From positions 39,992,001-40,056,000 of the forward strand of contig NC_087436.1 of the NCBI RefSeq assembly GCF_036321535.1: a DNA stretch of 64,000 nt, given 5' to 3'. Both the position numbers and the translations under genes were made by a program. The notes beneath the pieces were generated by a model, which was given only the letters and a program-made list of their open reading frames with translations, made no database searches and was not told the DNA's origin. This stretch comes from Camelus dromedarius (taxonomy: Eukaryota). Positions 1 to 11,305 of this stretch are shown one piece after another (within the stretch, counting starts at the first letter, position 1; every line of letters begins with the position of its first letter).

Positions 1-50
1 TTGTTTTAAGTCACTGTGTTAATTTGTTACAGCAGCCCCAAAAATCTATA
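1..50 (+). mobile_element. 3' end of MaLR (MLT1-type) LTR, cut by window edge
   Basis: ttgttttaagtcactgtg...tttgttacagcagc...aa resembles the MLT1 LTR terminus. Confidence 0.55.
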
Positions 51-558
51 TTATAGGAAATAAAAAATATAAAGAACTGAAGAAGTAGACTGAGAGGCAA
101 TGAGAGATAATTTATTGCATAAAATGCTTCAGCTCTCATTTTCTATTTAATAAATATATCCACCCACCTCTGAGGTATTCACTGATATGAATCTGTAAGT
201 TATTTTTAAGAACTTGTCATTTTCTATTTTAAAGTAATAACTTCCTAAAAGAAATACATAAAATCTTCCAAATAAAAGCAAATGTAATAATAATTATCTG
301 GGTAAAATCTTATGTAAGGATGCTATGCCTTGAGCAAATTGCTTTTTGACACCGAGTTAGATGAGTTAGGATGACTATCATTTCTTTCATCTACTTTTAT
401 TGAATTTTTTTCTCACAGCTTTGGAATAAAGGAGTAGTATTTAGTGGGAGAAATCACTGAACCTCCTCTGCCTGACACTCAGGCCTAAAATAATCAAATT
501 ACGTTTTTGCCTTTTAGGATGCCTTGTAATCGTTTCCTTGATTGCCAGTCATTATGTA

Positions 559-2903
559 CTGGCACACCTTGGAGCTATTCCTGGTTTAGTTCCAGACCAC
601 TGCAACAAAGCAAATGTCACAATAAAGATAAGCCACAGGACTGTTTTTTTTGATATCCCAGTGCATATAAAAGTTATGTTTACACAATACTGTAGTCTAT
701 TAAGTGTGCAATAGTATTTTACATCTGAAAAAACAATGTACATGCCTTAATTTAAAAATACTTTGTTGCTAAAAAGCTCTGACCGTCAATCTGAGCCTTC
801 ACAGGTTATAATCGTTTTGCTGATTAAGGGTCTTAGTGTTAAAGGCTGCTGACTCAGTAGGTGGTGGTTGCTGAAGGGTGGGGTGACTGTGGCAATTTCT
901 TAAAATAAGACAACAACGAAGCTTGCCACATTGACTGAGTCTTCCTTTCACGAACAGTTTCTCTGAGCATGCAATGCTGTTTGATAGTATTTTACTTACA
1001 GTAGAACTTCTTCCAAAATTAGAGTCAATTCTCTCAAACCCTGTTGCTGTTTTATCAACTAAGTTTATGTGCCATTGTAAACCTTTTTTTGTCATTTCAA
1101 CAATCTTCATAGAATCTTCGCCATGAGTAGATTCAGTCTCAGAAGCCACTTTTTTTTGCTCATCCATTAGAAGTAACCCCTCATCTGTTGCAGTTTTATT
1201 ATGAAATTGCAGCAATTCAGTCACATCTTGAGGCTGTTTCTAATTTTAGTTCTCTTGCTATTTCCGCCACATCTGTGTAACTTTTCTCACTGAAGCCTTG
1301 AACGCCTCAAAGCCATCCATGAGAGTTGGAATCAACTTCTTCCAAATTTTGGTTATTGTTGATATTTTTAGCTGTTTCCAGGAATCAGGGATGTTCTTAA
1401 CGGCATCTAGAATAGTGAATCCTTTCCAGAAGATTTTCAGTTGACTTTGCCCAGCTCTATCAGAGGAATCACTATCTATGGCAGCTAGAGCCTTATGAAA
1501 TATATTTCTTAAATAATAAGGCTTGAAATTCAAAATTAGTCCTTGATCCAGGGCTGCAGAATGGATGTCATGTTAGCAGGCACAAAAACAACACTGATGT
1601 CATTGTACATCTTTATCAGAGCTCTTGGGTGACCAGGTGCGTTGTAAATGAATAGTAATATTTTGAAAGAAATTTTTTTTTTCCTGAATAGTATTCAGGT
1701 CTCAGCAGTGGGCTTAACATTCAGTAAACCATGTTGCTGTCATCTAGGCTTTGCTATTTCATTTATAGAGCACAGGCGGAGTAGATTTAGCGTAATTCTT
1801 AAGGGCCCTAGGATTTGGGGGATGGTAAATGAACACTGGCTTCAACTTAAAGTCATCAGCTGGGTTAGCCCCTAACAAGAAAGTCAGCCTAGACTTTGAA
1901 TCTTTGAAGCCAGGCATTGACTTCTTCTCTTTAGCTGTGAAAGTGCCAGCTGGCGTCCTCTTCCAATATAAGGCTGTTTGACCTAATTGAAAATCTGTTG
2001 TTTCATGTACCCGTCTTCATTAGTGATTTCAGCTACCTCTTCTGTGTAACTTGCTGCTTCACCTTGCACTTCGATGTTGTGGAGACGGCTTTGTCCTTCA
2101 GTCTCATGAACTTACTTCTCCTGGCTTCAATCTTTCCTTCTGCAGCTGCCTCACCTCGCTCAGACTTCATAGAATTGAAGAGAGTGAGGACCTTGCTCTG
2201 GATTGGGCTTTGGCTTAAGGGAATGTTGTGGCTACTTTGATCTTCTATCCGGACCACTTAAAACTTCCTCGGTTAGCTGCAACAAGGCTGTTTCGCTTTC
2301 TTGTTATATGTGTGTTCACTAGAGTAGCACATTTAATTTCCTTCAGAAGCGTTTCCTTTGCACTTACAACATGGCTAACTGTTTGGTACAAGAGGCCTAC
2401 TTTCTGTCTATCTCAGCTTTCAACAGGCCTTCCTCACTAACCTTAATCATTTTTAGCTTTTGATCTGAAGTGAGAGACAGGCAACTCCTCCTTTCACTCA
2501 AACACTTAGAGGCCACTGTAGGGTTATTCACTGGCCTAACTTCATTATTGTTTTATCTCAGGGCATAGGGAGGCCTGAGGAGAAGGAAAGGGATGGGGAA
2601 CAGCCAATCAGTGGGGCAGTCAGAACTCACACAGCTTTTATTAATTTAGTTTGCTTTCTCATGTGGGTGCAGTTTGTGGTGCCCCAAAACAATTATAGTC
2701 GTAACATTAAAGATCACTGATCAGAGATCACCATGACAAGCATAATAATATGAAAAAGTCGGAAATATGACAGAGAAACAGCGAGTGAGCAAATGCTGTC
2801 AAAAAAATGGTGCCGACAGACTTGCTCTAGGAAGGGTTAACACAAACCTTCAATTTGCGAAACACACAATCACCGTGAAGCACACTGAAATGAGGTGTGC
2901 CTG
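559..2903 (-). mobile_element. Near-full-length Tigger1 DNA transposon (TcMar-Tigger), ~2.35 kb
   Basis: TIRs ctggcacacctt (559) and gaggtgtgcctg (to 2903), flanked by TA and TG. Minus-strand ORF pieces read as Tigger1 transposase ([70 protein letters not shown]). Confidence 0.96.
800..2516 (-). pseudogene. Decayed Tigger1 (pogo-like, CENP-B HTH/DDE) transposase
   Basis: Split among ORFs 799-1224, 1258-1533 and 2033-2257 by stops and frameshifts. The expected start codon reads GTG (2514-2516, minus strand). Confidence 0.9.
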
Positions 2904-3774
2904 TGCTAGGGGAAAGGGGCTGCGGGAAACGGGCCTTTCATAATGTGCTCGTGCGGTGTGGGGGAGGGAAAGCGGCCTGTGACTAGGTCTCAGCTGTTAG
3001 CCTGTGCCTCTGATTGTAAACGTCACGAGTGTTTCTCAGTTTTTTCTCTCCCCTTAGTTAGGACAGGCTGCTAGCGTGGGCTGGGACTGGGTAGGTCCCT
3101 TCTCCCAGGTGGGCTGGGCTCTGCTAAAACCGCCGCGGGCTGGGCTCTGCTCAGTTAGCTTCTCCTGAGGGCAGGTGTGTGAGCGCAGAGTTCTCCCGTG
3201 GTTCGAAGTGGTTCCTCTCCTGCTTCCCTGGCCGGAGGCAGGAGGGGAGTTTTCTCTGATATTTACTGTGAGACCTGGCCAGGCTCCTGGAAGTAAAACT
3301 CACAAATGTGGGGGGACCCTGCTGTGACTGGGTCCTCCGGAGTTTTTACCCCAGAATTGTCTGCGCTGAGCCTCCAGCAGTTTGTGAGCCACAGTTTAGG
3401 TTTCCCTGCCCCAGCACTGGCTCCCGCGGGCGTTTCGGCTTGAGTTTCTGCTCTGGTAAGTTGTGTTTCTCCATATCTGCCTGTCTGTCTGCCTCTCCGG
3501 TTTAAGGGGGCGGTGTGTTCCCCTGTGGCCTAACTTCTCTTAATGGATTCAAGAAGGGTTGATTTTTCTGTGTGTTTAGCTTCTCACTTGTTAGGGCAGT
3601 CTCAGTCACGTCAGTGTTTTTCATTTGGATACCCCTGAACCCTAGTCATATCAAGGAGGAGGTTACGGGGAGAACCTGGTTGGGTTCCCAGAAGTAAAAC
3701 TCACAGAAGTGTGGGCCCCCTGCGACTGGGTTCTCTGGAGTTTTTAACACTCAGAATTACCTGCATTGAATTGA

Positions 3775-4660
3775 ATACTAATGATATTAAAATAAAAAAA
3801 GTTTATTGGCCATTCATATATCTTCTTTTATAAACTGTTTATCTTCTCTCTCTCAATTTTTATGAGACAATAGTCTTTTTATGATTAATTTGTTAAACTG
3901 TATTATACATTCTGGATGCCATTCCTTAGAGATCTGTACCAAAATAACTTCCTGTCCGGGCTTTTCTTTTCATTTCTTATATGTTGTCTTTTGATGAGCT
4001 AAAGTATTTAATGTTGATGAAGTCCAGTTTATCAGCTATTTTTAACAGTACGTTTTGCACTTTCATTAATGTATTTTGCTTACCCCAAGTACTCAAAGGT
4101 GTTCTTTTACATTTTTCCTAAAAGCTTTGCAGTTTTAGCTTTCTTTTTTATGTCTGTAATCCACTGTGAGATAATTATTGTGCATGGTAGGAAGTGGGGG
4201 TTGAAGTTCACTTTATTTCCTACGAATTTATTTTGTTGTTTCACATCATCTGTTGAAAACATGTTTTATTTCCTATCATTGAATTTGTTTGGTGCTTTGG
4301 TTGAAAAACAATGAGCTGTGTAAACATGAGTGTTTTTTCTAGACTTTCTACTCTGTCCCGTTAATATTTTTGTCTAATTTTATGCCAATACCACAGTATC
4401 ATGGTAAGTATAACTCTCTAATAAGTATTGAAATCTTATAATGCCTATCCTACAACTTTGCTCTTCTAAAGATTATTTTTCCTATTTTCCTTTCCACACA
4501 CATGTTAAATTGGATGGCCACTTTTTACCAACTAAAACCCCATTCAGATTTTGACTGAAATCACATTACCTCTGTAGGTCAGTTTGGTTAGAATTTGTGA
4601 CATGTTAATGCTGTTTCAGCTGGAAAAGTCTTGCATGTATTTTGTTGGATTTAGTTACTT
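3775..4660 (-). mobile_element. Old L1M ORF2 3' fragment
   Basis: tttattggccattcatatatcttc, ttgatgaagtccagtttatc and tatgccaataccacag are typical antisense L1 ORF2 motifs. Confidence 0.8.
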
Positions 4661-5879
4661 CAGCTGATGACAGAAAAATTGGGCTAGTAGAAAAGTTAGG
4701 GACAAAACTGAAAAAGTCGTCATTAATATATTATTTAATTAACATTTATCACTGTTAACTATGTGAAAATCATGTGAATCTCAGTGAAGAAATAAGGTTA
4801 CAAACATGCATTGTCTCCAGAAGTTACAACTAGCTTGATGTATTTAATTCTAAATATAAATCTTCCCATCATATAAAATTTTGTGTGATAAAACAATGCT
4901 TTCAAGTAGATTCTCTTAGAGAACTAAGAGAATATTTTTTCTTAAAATCGTTTTCATTAATCACAGAGGCCCCATTATTGAAGAGCCACAGTCTAAATTA
5001 TCACTGGATCAAACAAGAGTTTGCTCTTTGAACACCAGCCTTCATGTTGTCAGCTGAATTTAAATCTTCTCATTTGTCATTATACATTGAAAAGAGGACA
5101 TTTTTTTTTTATTGCATATTGAGAGACCGGATGTAGAATCTCAGGATGCTGAGAACAAATCATGCTTCCTTGTGGATGCCTCTGTGTGAACTGCCTCCAT
5201 TTAAACTGTATGAGTTTTTACTGCTGAATTTGATCACAGTTCTAACTCATAATGTTTCTTAACATTGGAAAGTTCCAAGTGTACTATAAACATGAACTTT
5301 CAATTGCTGCACAACGGTAGAATTATCATCTACTTTAATCTGTGCCTGAACATTTATAGATGATGATATAGTTGGAGAAAATTATACTAGACTCATCCAA
5401 GTGATGATCTTTTTAAAGTCTTCGAAAAGCTTTGGAAAGCTTTTTGAACCTTGGAAATTCAGCGAATGATAGAAATTGCCTTGATATTCTTTCTTTTTCT
5501 TCTGAATTAATAGTAGGAGTTTCTCATCAGACTCATCTCATGCAAATGGTATCATATCTCATCTCAACCATTTATCCAACAAGCGTTTACAGCTTACCCA
5601 CTTTATTCCAGGCAATAAATGTCATTTTCCTTCACATTGCTTAGAGATTGGTGAGAAGAGATATAAAACTACTGAGTAAACCACAAGTTAAACAAAATGT
5701 TGTTGGTGGCATGAAGGAAAGAGGGTTATGGGATTGAGTTCCCAAGAGAAGGGGGGTGCTTTAGATACATGTGCCCAGTACATTTGTGATGAGACCCAAG
5801 CAACAGGATGATGTACTCAAATCAGGGAAGCTGGCCTTTAGGCAGAAGAGGTAACTGTTGCAAGGGTTATGAGCCTCAA

Positions 5880-6075
5880 GTTAGCTTGATTGTTTTTTAA
5901 GGCACAGAAAGAAGTCTCGTGAAGGTCAGAGTGCAGTGGTTGTGGGGAATGATTTTACCAAATGGCATGGCAGAGAATAGACTGGCAACCAAATTATTTG
6001 TTGGCTAAGTTAAGGTATTTAGATTTTATTCTGTATTGGAGAAAGCATTGGAAGGTTTTCAATAAAAAGCCAGAT
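5880..6075 (-). mobile_element. L2 fragment
   Basis: ttaaggtatttagattttattctg...ggagaaagcattggaaggtttt resembles antisense L2. Confidence 0.5.
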
Positions 6076-6199
6076 TTTGGTTGGTTGACAAGACTAGTGG
6101 GTTTGAGAAATCCTGAAACTGAGACACAATGATTTTGAAAGTTAGGATGGGCAAAATGATGGAAGAATAAACAAAACTGTCCTTTACATTTGCTCCCGG

Positions 6200-6475
6200 G
6201 TCAAATGCAATCCTGCTCCTCATCGTCTTTGTTCAGGTCCACGCAGATGGTGTCACCCCCTTCTAGACAATGCTGGTGGCCATGCAGAGTCAAGGAGAAC
6301 ATGGTGAATCATGTGCTGATTCCTAAGGTGTCTGCTCAGAAGTGACACCTGTTACTTCCACTAAACTTTCTCATGAAAGCAAGTCATCTAGCCAGGCTTG
6401 AGTCTGTGCAACAGAAAAGTAATAATACTCCACCAAGTTAGGAAACAGTATTTTTGAGGAATACAGTCTACCAAG
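6200..6475 (-). mobile_element. MLT1(K/J-like) MaLR LTR fragment
   Basis: tctgctcagaagtgacacctgttacttccact...aaagcaagtcatctagcc motif. Confidence 0.65.
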
Positions 6476-6889
6476 TAACACCTCATACTGAAGTGCTTCA
6501 GTAGTTGTAATACACAAGACTGTGTGCTAAGATTGCGTGTTGAAAGGCAACACATTTTTTATCACTTTACAAGAGCTGGATTTGGTCTCATTCCTACAAC
6601 TAATAAAAAACATATACATGGAAAAATTTAAGTATGTATTTAGGAGCATTAGAGGTAGTATCATCTCTTTAAAAGTCTGCCATAGAAAAGTACTAATGTT
6701 AGAGAATTTCATAAAATGCCAATGGCTTTCCTGTTTTCTTCTGTCAACAGAGAGTATGGGTTTAGACAGTTAAAGATCGTATTTGGGAAAAAGGGGAAAT
6801 AAAAACAATGTTCATCCAGAAGGAAAAGAGAATGAAGAGAAAATACGTTAGAGAAATGCAGATGGTTCAGTATTTATCACTCCTTTTCC

Positions 6890-7275
6890 AGTGTGATAGA
6901 GCTGCTGATTTGAGGCGAGGCATATGTTTACCCAGAATGGCGAGCACATTTCCAACACTCCATTCCAAGTGAATGTGTATATTTGGCAGAATTTTGGCCA
7001 AAGAAATGTAACTAGAGGTGTCTCATGGAAGTTTCCATAAATCTTTCTCTTAAAAAAAGAGGGGGGAAAAAGGAAAAGCTTCTACTTCTTTTATTCTTTC
7101 TTTATTTATTCTGCTACCTTTCACACAGGTGCTTCCCTAAACTATGAAGATAAGAGATACACACCAGTGAGCTGGAAATATTGTGGGTCCTTGTACGTGT
7201 AAGCCTTAGATGACTTTCCTCTGAATCCATACTTACATGGGAGGGAAATAATTCACTATCTTTTATTCTGTAACA
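6890..7275 (+). mobile_element. Old MLT1-type MaLR LTR
   Basis: cacatttccaacactcc...tttggccaaagaaatgtaactagaggtg...acatgggagggaaataattc. Confidence 0.55.
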
Positions 7276-8341
7276 TATCTAAAAGAGAGTGAGGAAACAA
7301 CCTCACATCGGAAATATATATTAATGTTTTACAGGAAAAAATTCGTGTCAAAAATTATATATCAAGTGGTATCAATTTTCAACTATTTGCCTCTCTTATG
7401 GATAAAAGGGACAGATTATGAAGTTAGAGGTCCTTTCAGTTTTAATTCCTGAGATGAGCACTTAATTTAAGACATTTTCATCTTGACACAGAATTCAAAT
7501 GAAATACTTCACTTGTCATTTAAAATAATCATAGTAATCATTGAGTTTCTTTATGTAGATTATACATTTGAAACTTGAATGACAAAGATTAGATAAAGAC
7601 CAAATTCACTACATGATTGACAGCCAGCTCTATGGTTCAGAGTCTTGAAGCCACAGCCTTACTTTCATTAATCTTACTCACTTCATCAGGGTAGGAAAAC
7701 AGGAAAATAACAACTAGCAAATGCCTTAGAATATTAGCCTGTCTGGATGATTATATATAGAAACATTAAAAATTAGCATTATTCTCATTTCTGTCACAAG
7801 TTGGTATATTTTTATTTGTACAAGTAGAATGAAATGATGGGGTTTGTGTGAGACAGGACAGTCTCCTGACAAGAAGATGTGATATTTTGTTCAAGTCAAG
7901 GGAGAACTAAAAATAAATTGAAAGATTCCATAGAGTGACTAGATTTATTTCCTTTTTTATCTTGGTTTCCTTAACACTTCCCTGAAGTTCGATATAGCTA
8001 AATCAATATTTTCAGTTTTGTTTTTCCCACTTCTGTGTCCACATATACTGAAATTTCTAGAATGTCTGGTTACATTAGATACAGTGAGTAGAGTTTAGCT
8101 CATTCTGGCTTTTACCAATTTATCTGTGTACTGGGAATCAATGGTAAAATTTGACTTTCAAATGTATGACTTGTGCCTTGATAAATATTGATAAATGACT
8201 CTGAGTTAAGAGCAGTTAATTCTTTTTAGCTTTAAAATGGTAGTCTCTAATTATAAATAGCAAAAGATAATTTCAGAACACATGACCTAATTGTTCTATT
8301 TTCGTATTAATTTCAGTCTCTCCCTCTCCACCCCCCTCCTG

Positions 8342-8386
<45 letters not shown>
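8342..8386. repeat. Compound (CT)n(CA)n microsatellite
   Basis: Seen directly in the sequence. Confidence 0.97.
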
Positions 8387-8598
8387 CATATTTCCAGAAT
8401 CTTCCCAACTATAATTATTTTAATGGTACACTAAAACCTGACCAGAGGCAATTGAGTTTAGGAAGCAGAAACAGTCTTTCATTATGTCTGGGGGAAATTT
8501 AGCCACTGAAATGAAAAGGAAGAATACAGCTGATTTTGAACATTCACATCAATTTGAGTACCAATGGATGATGAAGTTATTGTTACCATTGTTGTTTC

Positions 8599-8997
8599 TG
8601 TTACCAAATCCAAACTTGTCCTGCTCACCACACGGACAAGCCAGTAAATTGGGAGATGAGGTGTTGGGGCAAGGAATAATGACTTTATATGGAAAGCCAG
8701 CAGACAGAGAAGATAGCAGACTAACGTCCTGGAGAACATTTACTCAAGTCAGTCTCTTTTTATACTAAAAAAGGGGAGGGGGTGTGGTTGGTTGTTGCAA
8801 ACTTCTTGGTGTTGGAATCCTTTGTTCTTGTAGCTGTCCATGTAAGATCTTGGTGGGGTCATGATGTTCCTGTAAACCTGCAAGACAAATGTTATTTTCT
8901 ATTCTGCAACTTTTTGTCTTATATGAATGGGAAAATGTTACACCCTTAAAGGTCAGAGCCTTGAGAATGGGCTATCCTGTATATTTCAGGCTCTAGG

Positions 8998-9081
<84 letters not shown>

Positions 9082-9188
9082 TTTTTTTTTTTTTTGGAAA
9101 AGGTGCAGAACCAGCATGACTAAGCACAGGAAACAGAGCGTAGGAACAAATTTAACATATGGAGTCAGATTTGTTTTTCCCTATTGCA
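8599..9188 (-). mobile_element. ERV1-class solo LTR
   Basis: TG...CA ends (tgttacc...ctattgca) with a perfect 4-bp TSD TTTC (8595-8598 / 9189-9192). Both ends are homologous to the LTR at 18406-18931. Confidence 0.9.
9003..9076. repeat. (TA)~37 microsatellite followed by a poly-T run, inside the LTR
   Basis: Seen directly in the sequence. Confidence 0.98.
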
Positions 9189-9189
9189 T

Positions 9190-9430
9190 TTCTTCTCCTC
9201 ATTCTCCAGTCTCCTTCTGCTCTTCTTCCTCCTTCCCCTCTCTCTCCAATTCCCCCTCCTTATCTTCTTCACTTTTTTCTTCCTCTCTCTCTCTTTTTCC
9301 TTCTGCCCTTTTATCCTGCTGTTTCCCCTTCTCCCTTTGCTCCTGGTCCTCCTTACCCTCCTCTTCCCTTACCCCTTCCACCCTTCCTCACTTTCATTGT
9401 TCCTCCTTTTCCCAATCTCTCCTAGTTTCT
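9190..9430. repeat. Pyrimidine-rich low-complexity tract
   Basis: Almost entirely C/T on the + strand. Confidence 0.9.
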
Positions 9431-10124
9431 TCTTTATTCCTAAGAAGAACCAAAATCCTAAGATTAGAACCATCTGATCAATGACATGTTGGCCCTCATA
9501 TTTTCTGTGAATTGGGAGCATATGATTCTGACAGTTTATTTTTATCCTTTTTTCTCCCTTTTTTTTCCTTCTTAGAAGTAAAGTGTTGCATGATTATTGC
9601 TATGAAATATTTCACAAGCAGAGCACTAAGAGATGGAGATTAGAAAATTAAAAAAAAAAAATAAGGATATAGGTTGTCCCAACACCCAAAGCCTTTAACG
9701 GCATTTCCTACAATATTTTCTTTACTGTGTTCCTAATAATGTATTTTGGCATAAAACCTTTGTATTTGAAGTTAGTTATTTCATAAAGCTTGTCCCTTGT
9801 ATCTAGATGCATTTTTCCCCCTTAGCTCCAGGCAACTGCTTCATTTTCTGAGGTATAATAATACTTTCTCTCTCTTATTTTTCTTCCTTGTAGCTTTTTA
9901 AAATTTATAGCCTAATGTTTATGCTACTCTTACTAAATTTTAATAAATTTACCATTTCCTTACTAATACACACACACATTCTCTAATCTTCCTCCACAGG
10001 CTAAAACAAATGTGTTGTAAAGAATAGAAAACCTCTAAATCCCAGAACTTTTCTTTGTAGATGTTCCCAAAATGCTAGAATATGTTAAAACACAAGTTAG
10101 AAATTTTAAAAATTGTCTTATCTA

Positions 10125-10250
10125 AGTAATTAATATTACATATGAAAATAAAACAGTGGCAGAGAGGGGAAGGGATCTGCTTAGAATAAAATTATTTGTG
10201 TGTGGAAATGCCATGACTTGAACTCCAATATGTGACTCATCAGTCCTCAC
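10125..10250 (-). mobile_element. MIR SINE fragment
   Basis: catatgaaaataaaacagtggcagagaggggaagggatctgct...gacttgaactcca resembles the antisense MIR core. Confidence 0.6.
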
Positions 10251-10288
10251 CATCCTCCAATCCTTAGCACCTCTATTTAAATGACAGG

Positions 10289-10741
10289 CCATTTGCAACA
10301 ACATAGATGGACCTGGAGATTGTCATTCTAAGTGAAGTAAGCAGAAAGAGAAAGAAAAATACCATATGATATCACTTATAAGTGGAATCTAAAAAAAGAA
10401 AATGCCAAATGAACTTATTTCCAAAACAAACAGACTCAATGACATAGAAAACAAACTTAATGGGGGCAGGAAAGGGGTGGGAAGGAATAAATTGAGAGTT
10501 TGAGATTTGTGGATCTAACTAATATGTGTAAAATAGATAAACAAGTTCATACTGTATAGCACAGGGAGCTATATTCAATATCTTGTAACTTATGGTGAAA
10601 AAATATGAATATGAATGTATATATATGTTCATGTATGACTGAAGCATTGTGCCATACACCAGAAATTGACACAACACTATAAACTGTACTTCAATTATAT
10701 ATATATACACAAACACACACACACACACAAAAATTAAAAAG
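10289..10741 (+). mobile_element. 5'-truncated artiodactyl-type L1 3' end
   Basis: ccatttgcaacaacatagatggacctggag...gtatagcacagggagctatattcaatatcttg, an A/CA-rich tail, and TSD aaatgacagg (10279-10288) / aagtgacagg (10742-10751). Confidence 0.92.
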
Positions 10742-10829
10742 AAGTGACAGGGTCATGGCTTCAGCTGACTCTAGATTGCTGGTGATTGTAGATTTCAGGA
10801 GGCTGTCTTGATCAAGAATATGGTACCAT

Positions 10830-11305
10830 ATCTGCTAGTGTATTTACCATTAGTGTGGAGACTATAAAAAAAAAATAAAGACTGTGTTCCAAGCTTGCAG
10901 CAAAGATTCTAGTTAAAGCTGAGATTCTGCCAATAAGATTTACTCACATACTTGATTTTGGCACTAAGTAGGGGAACACACAGTAGTTTGTGAGATTCAT
11001 TTTGCTTGTTCAGATCTTTCAGTAAACTGTAAACTAGAGCTGACGGCTCTAACAGTAACTTTCTGATCTTGCTCGTGGAGCTCAGTCCTTTGATATTATT
11101 TTGATGATGCCCATATTCCTGATTTTAATAGAAAATCAGTTTCCTTATAAGCACAGTTCAGTCATGTCATTCTAGGAGTCATTCCTAGAGGCACAGATTA
11201 GCGCATGCTCATCCAGTTCTTTTAACATCTTTGTATGTAAGTAGCTCATTCTCCTTAAAATAGTTTGAGACATTTTTGTCATCTGCAACTGAGATCTGTT
11301 TAACA
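10830..11305 (+). mobile_element. LTR33-like ERVL LTR (5' LTR of the adjacent provirus)
   Basis: cttgcagcaaagattctag...ttctgccaataagatttactcac and ttctaggagtcattcctagaggc...cttaaaatagt...tgcaactga match the recalled LTR33 consensus. Confidence 0.65.

Larger units (their letters stand above)
505..3770 (-). mobile_element. Old L1M (L1MC/MD-type) 5' region, interrupted by Tigger1 at 559-2903
   Basis: ttgccttttaggatgccttgtaat...atgTA before the Tigger continues as ctaggggaaagggg...taggtctcag...gtaaaactcacaa... after it, matching the recalled L1M 5' consensus. Confidence 0.7.

Noticed and set aside
799..2257. Tigger-like ORFs as a domesticated TIGD-type gene
   Set aside because: The frame is broken by stops and frameshifts, the start codon is mutated, and it sits inside ordinary TIRs.
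8927..9484. Longest ORF (185 aa) and overlapping ORFs
   Set aside because: They are an artefact of (TA)n and a C/T tract lacking stop codons (YIYIY, S/P/L/F runs).
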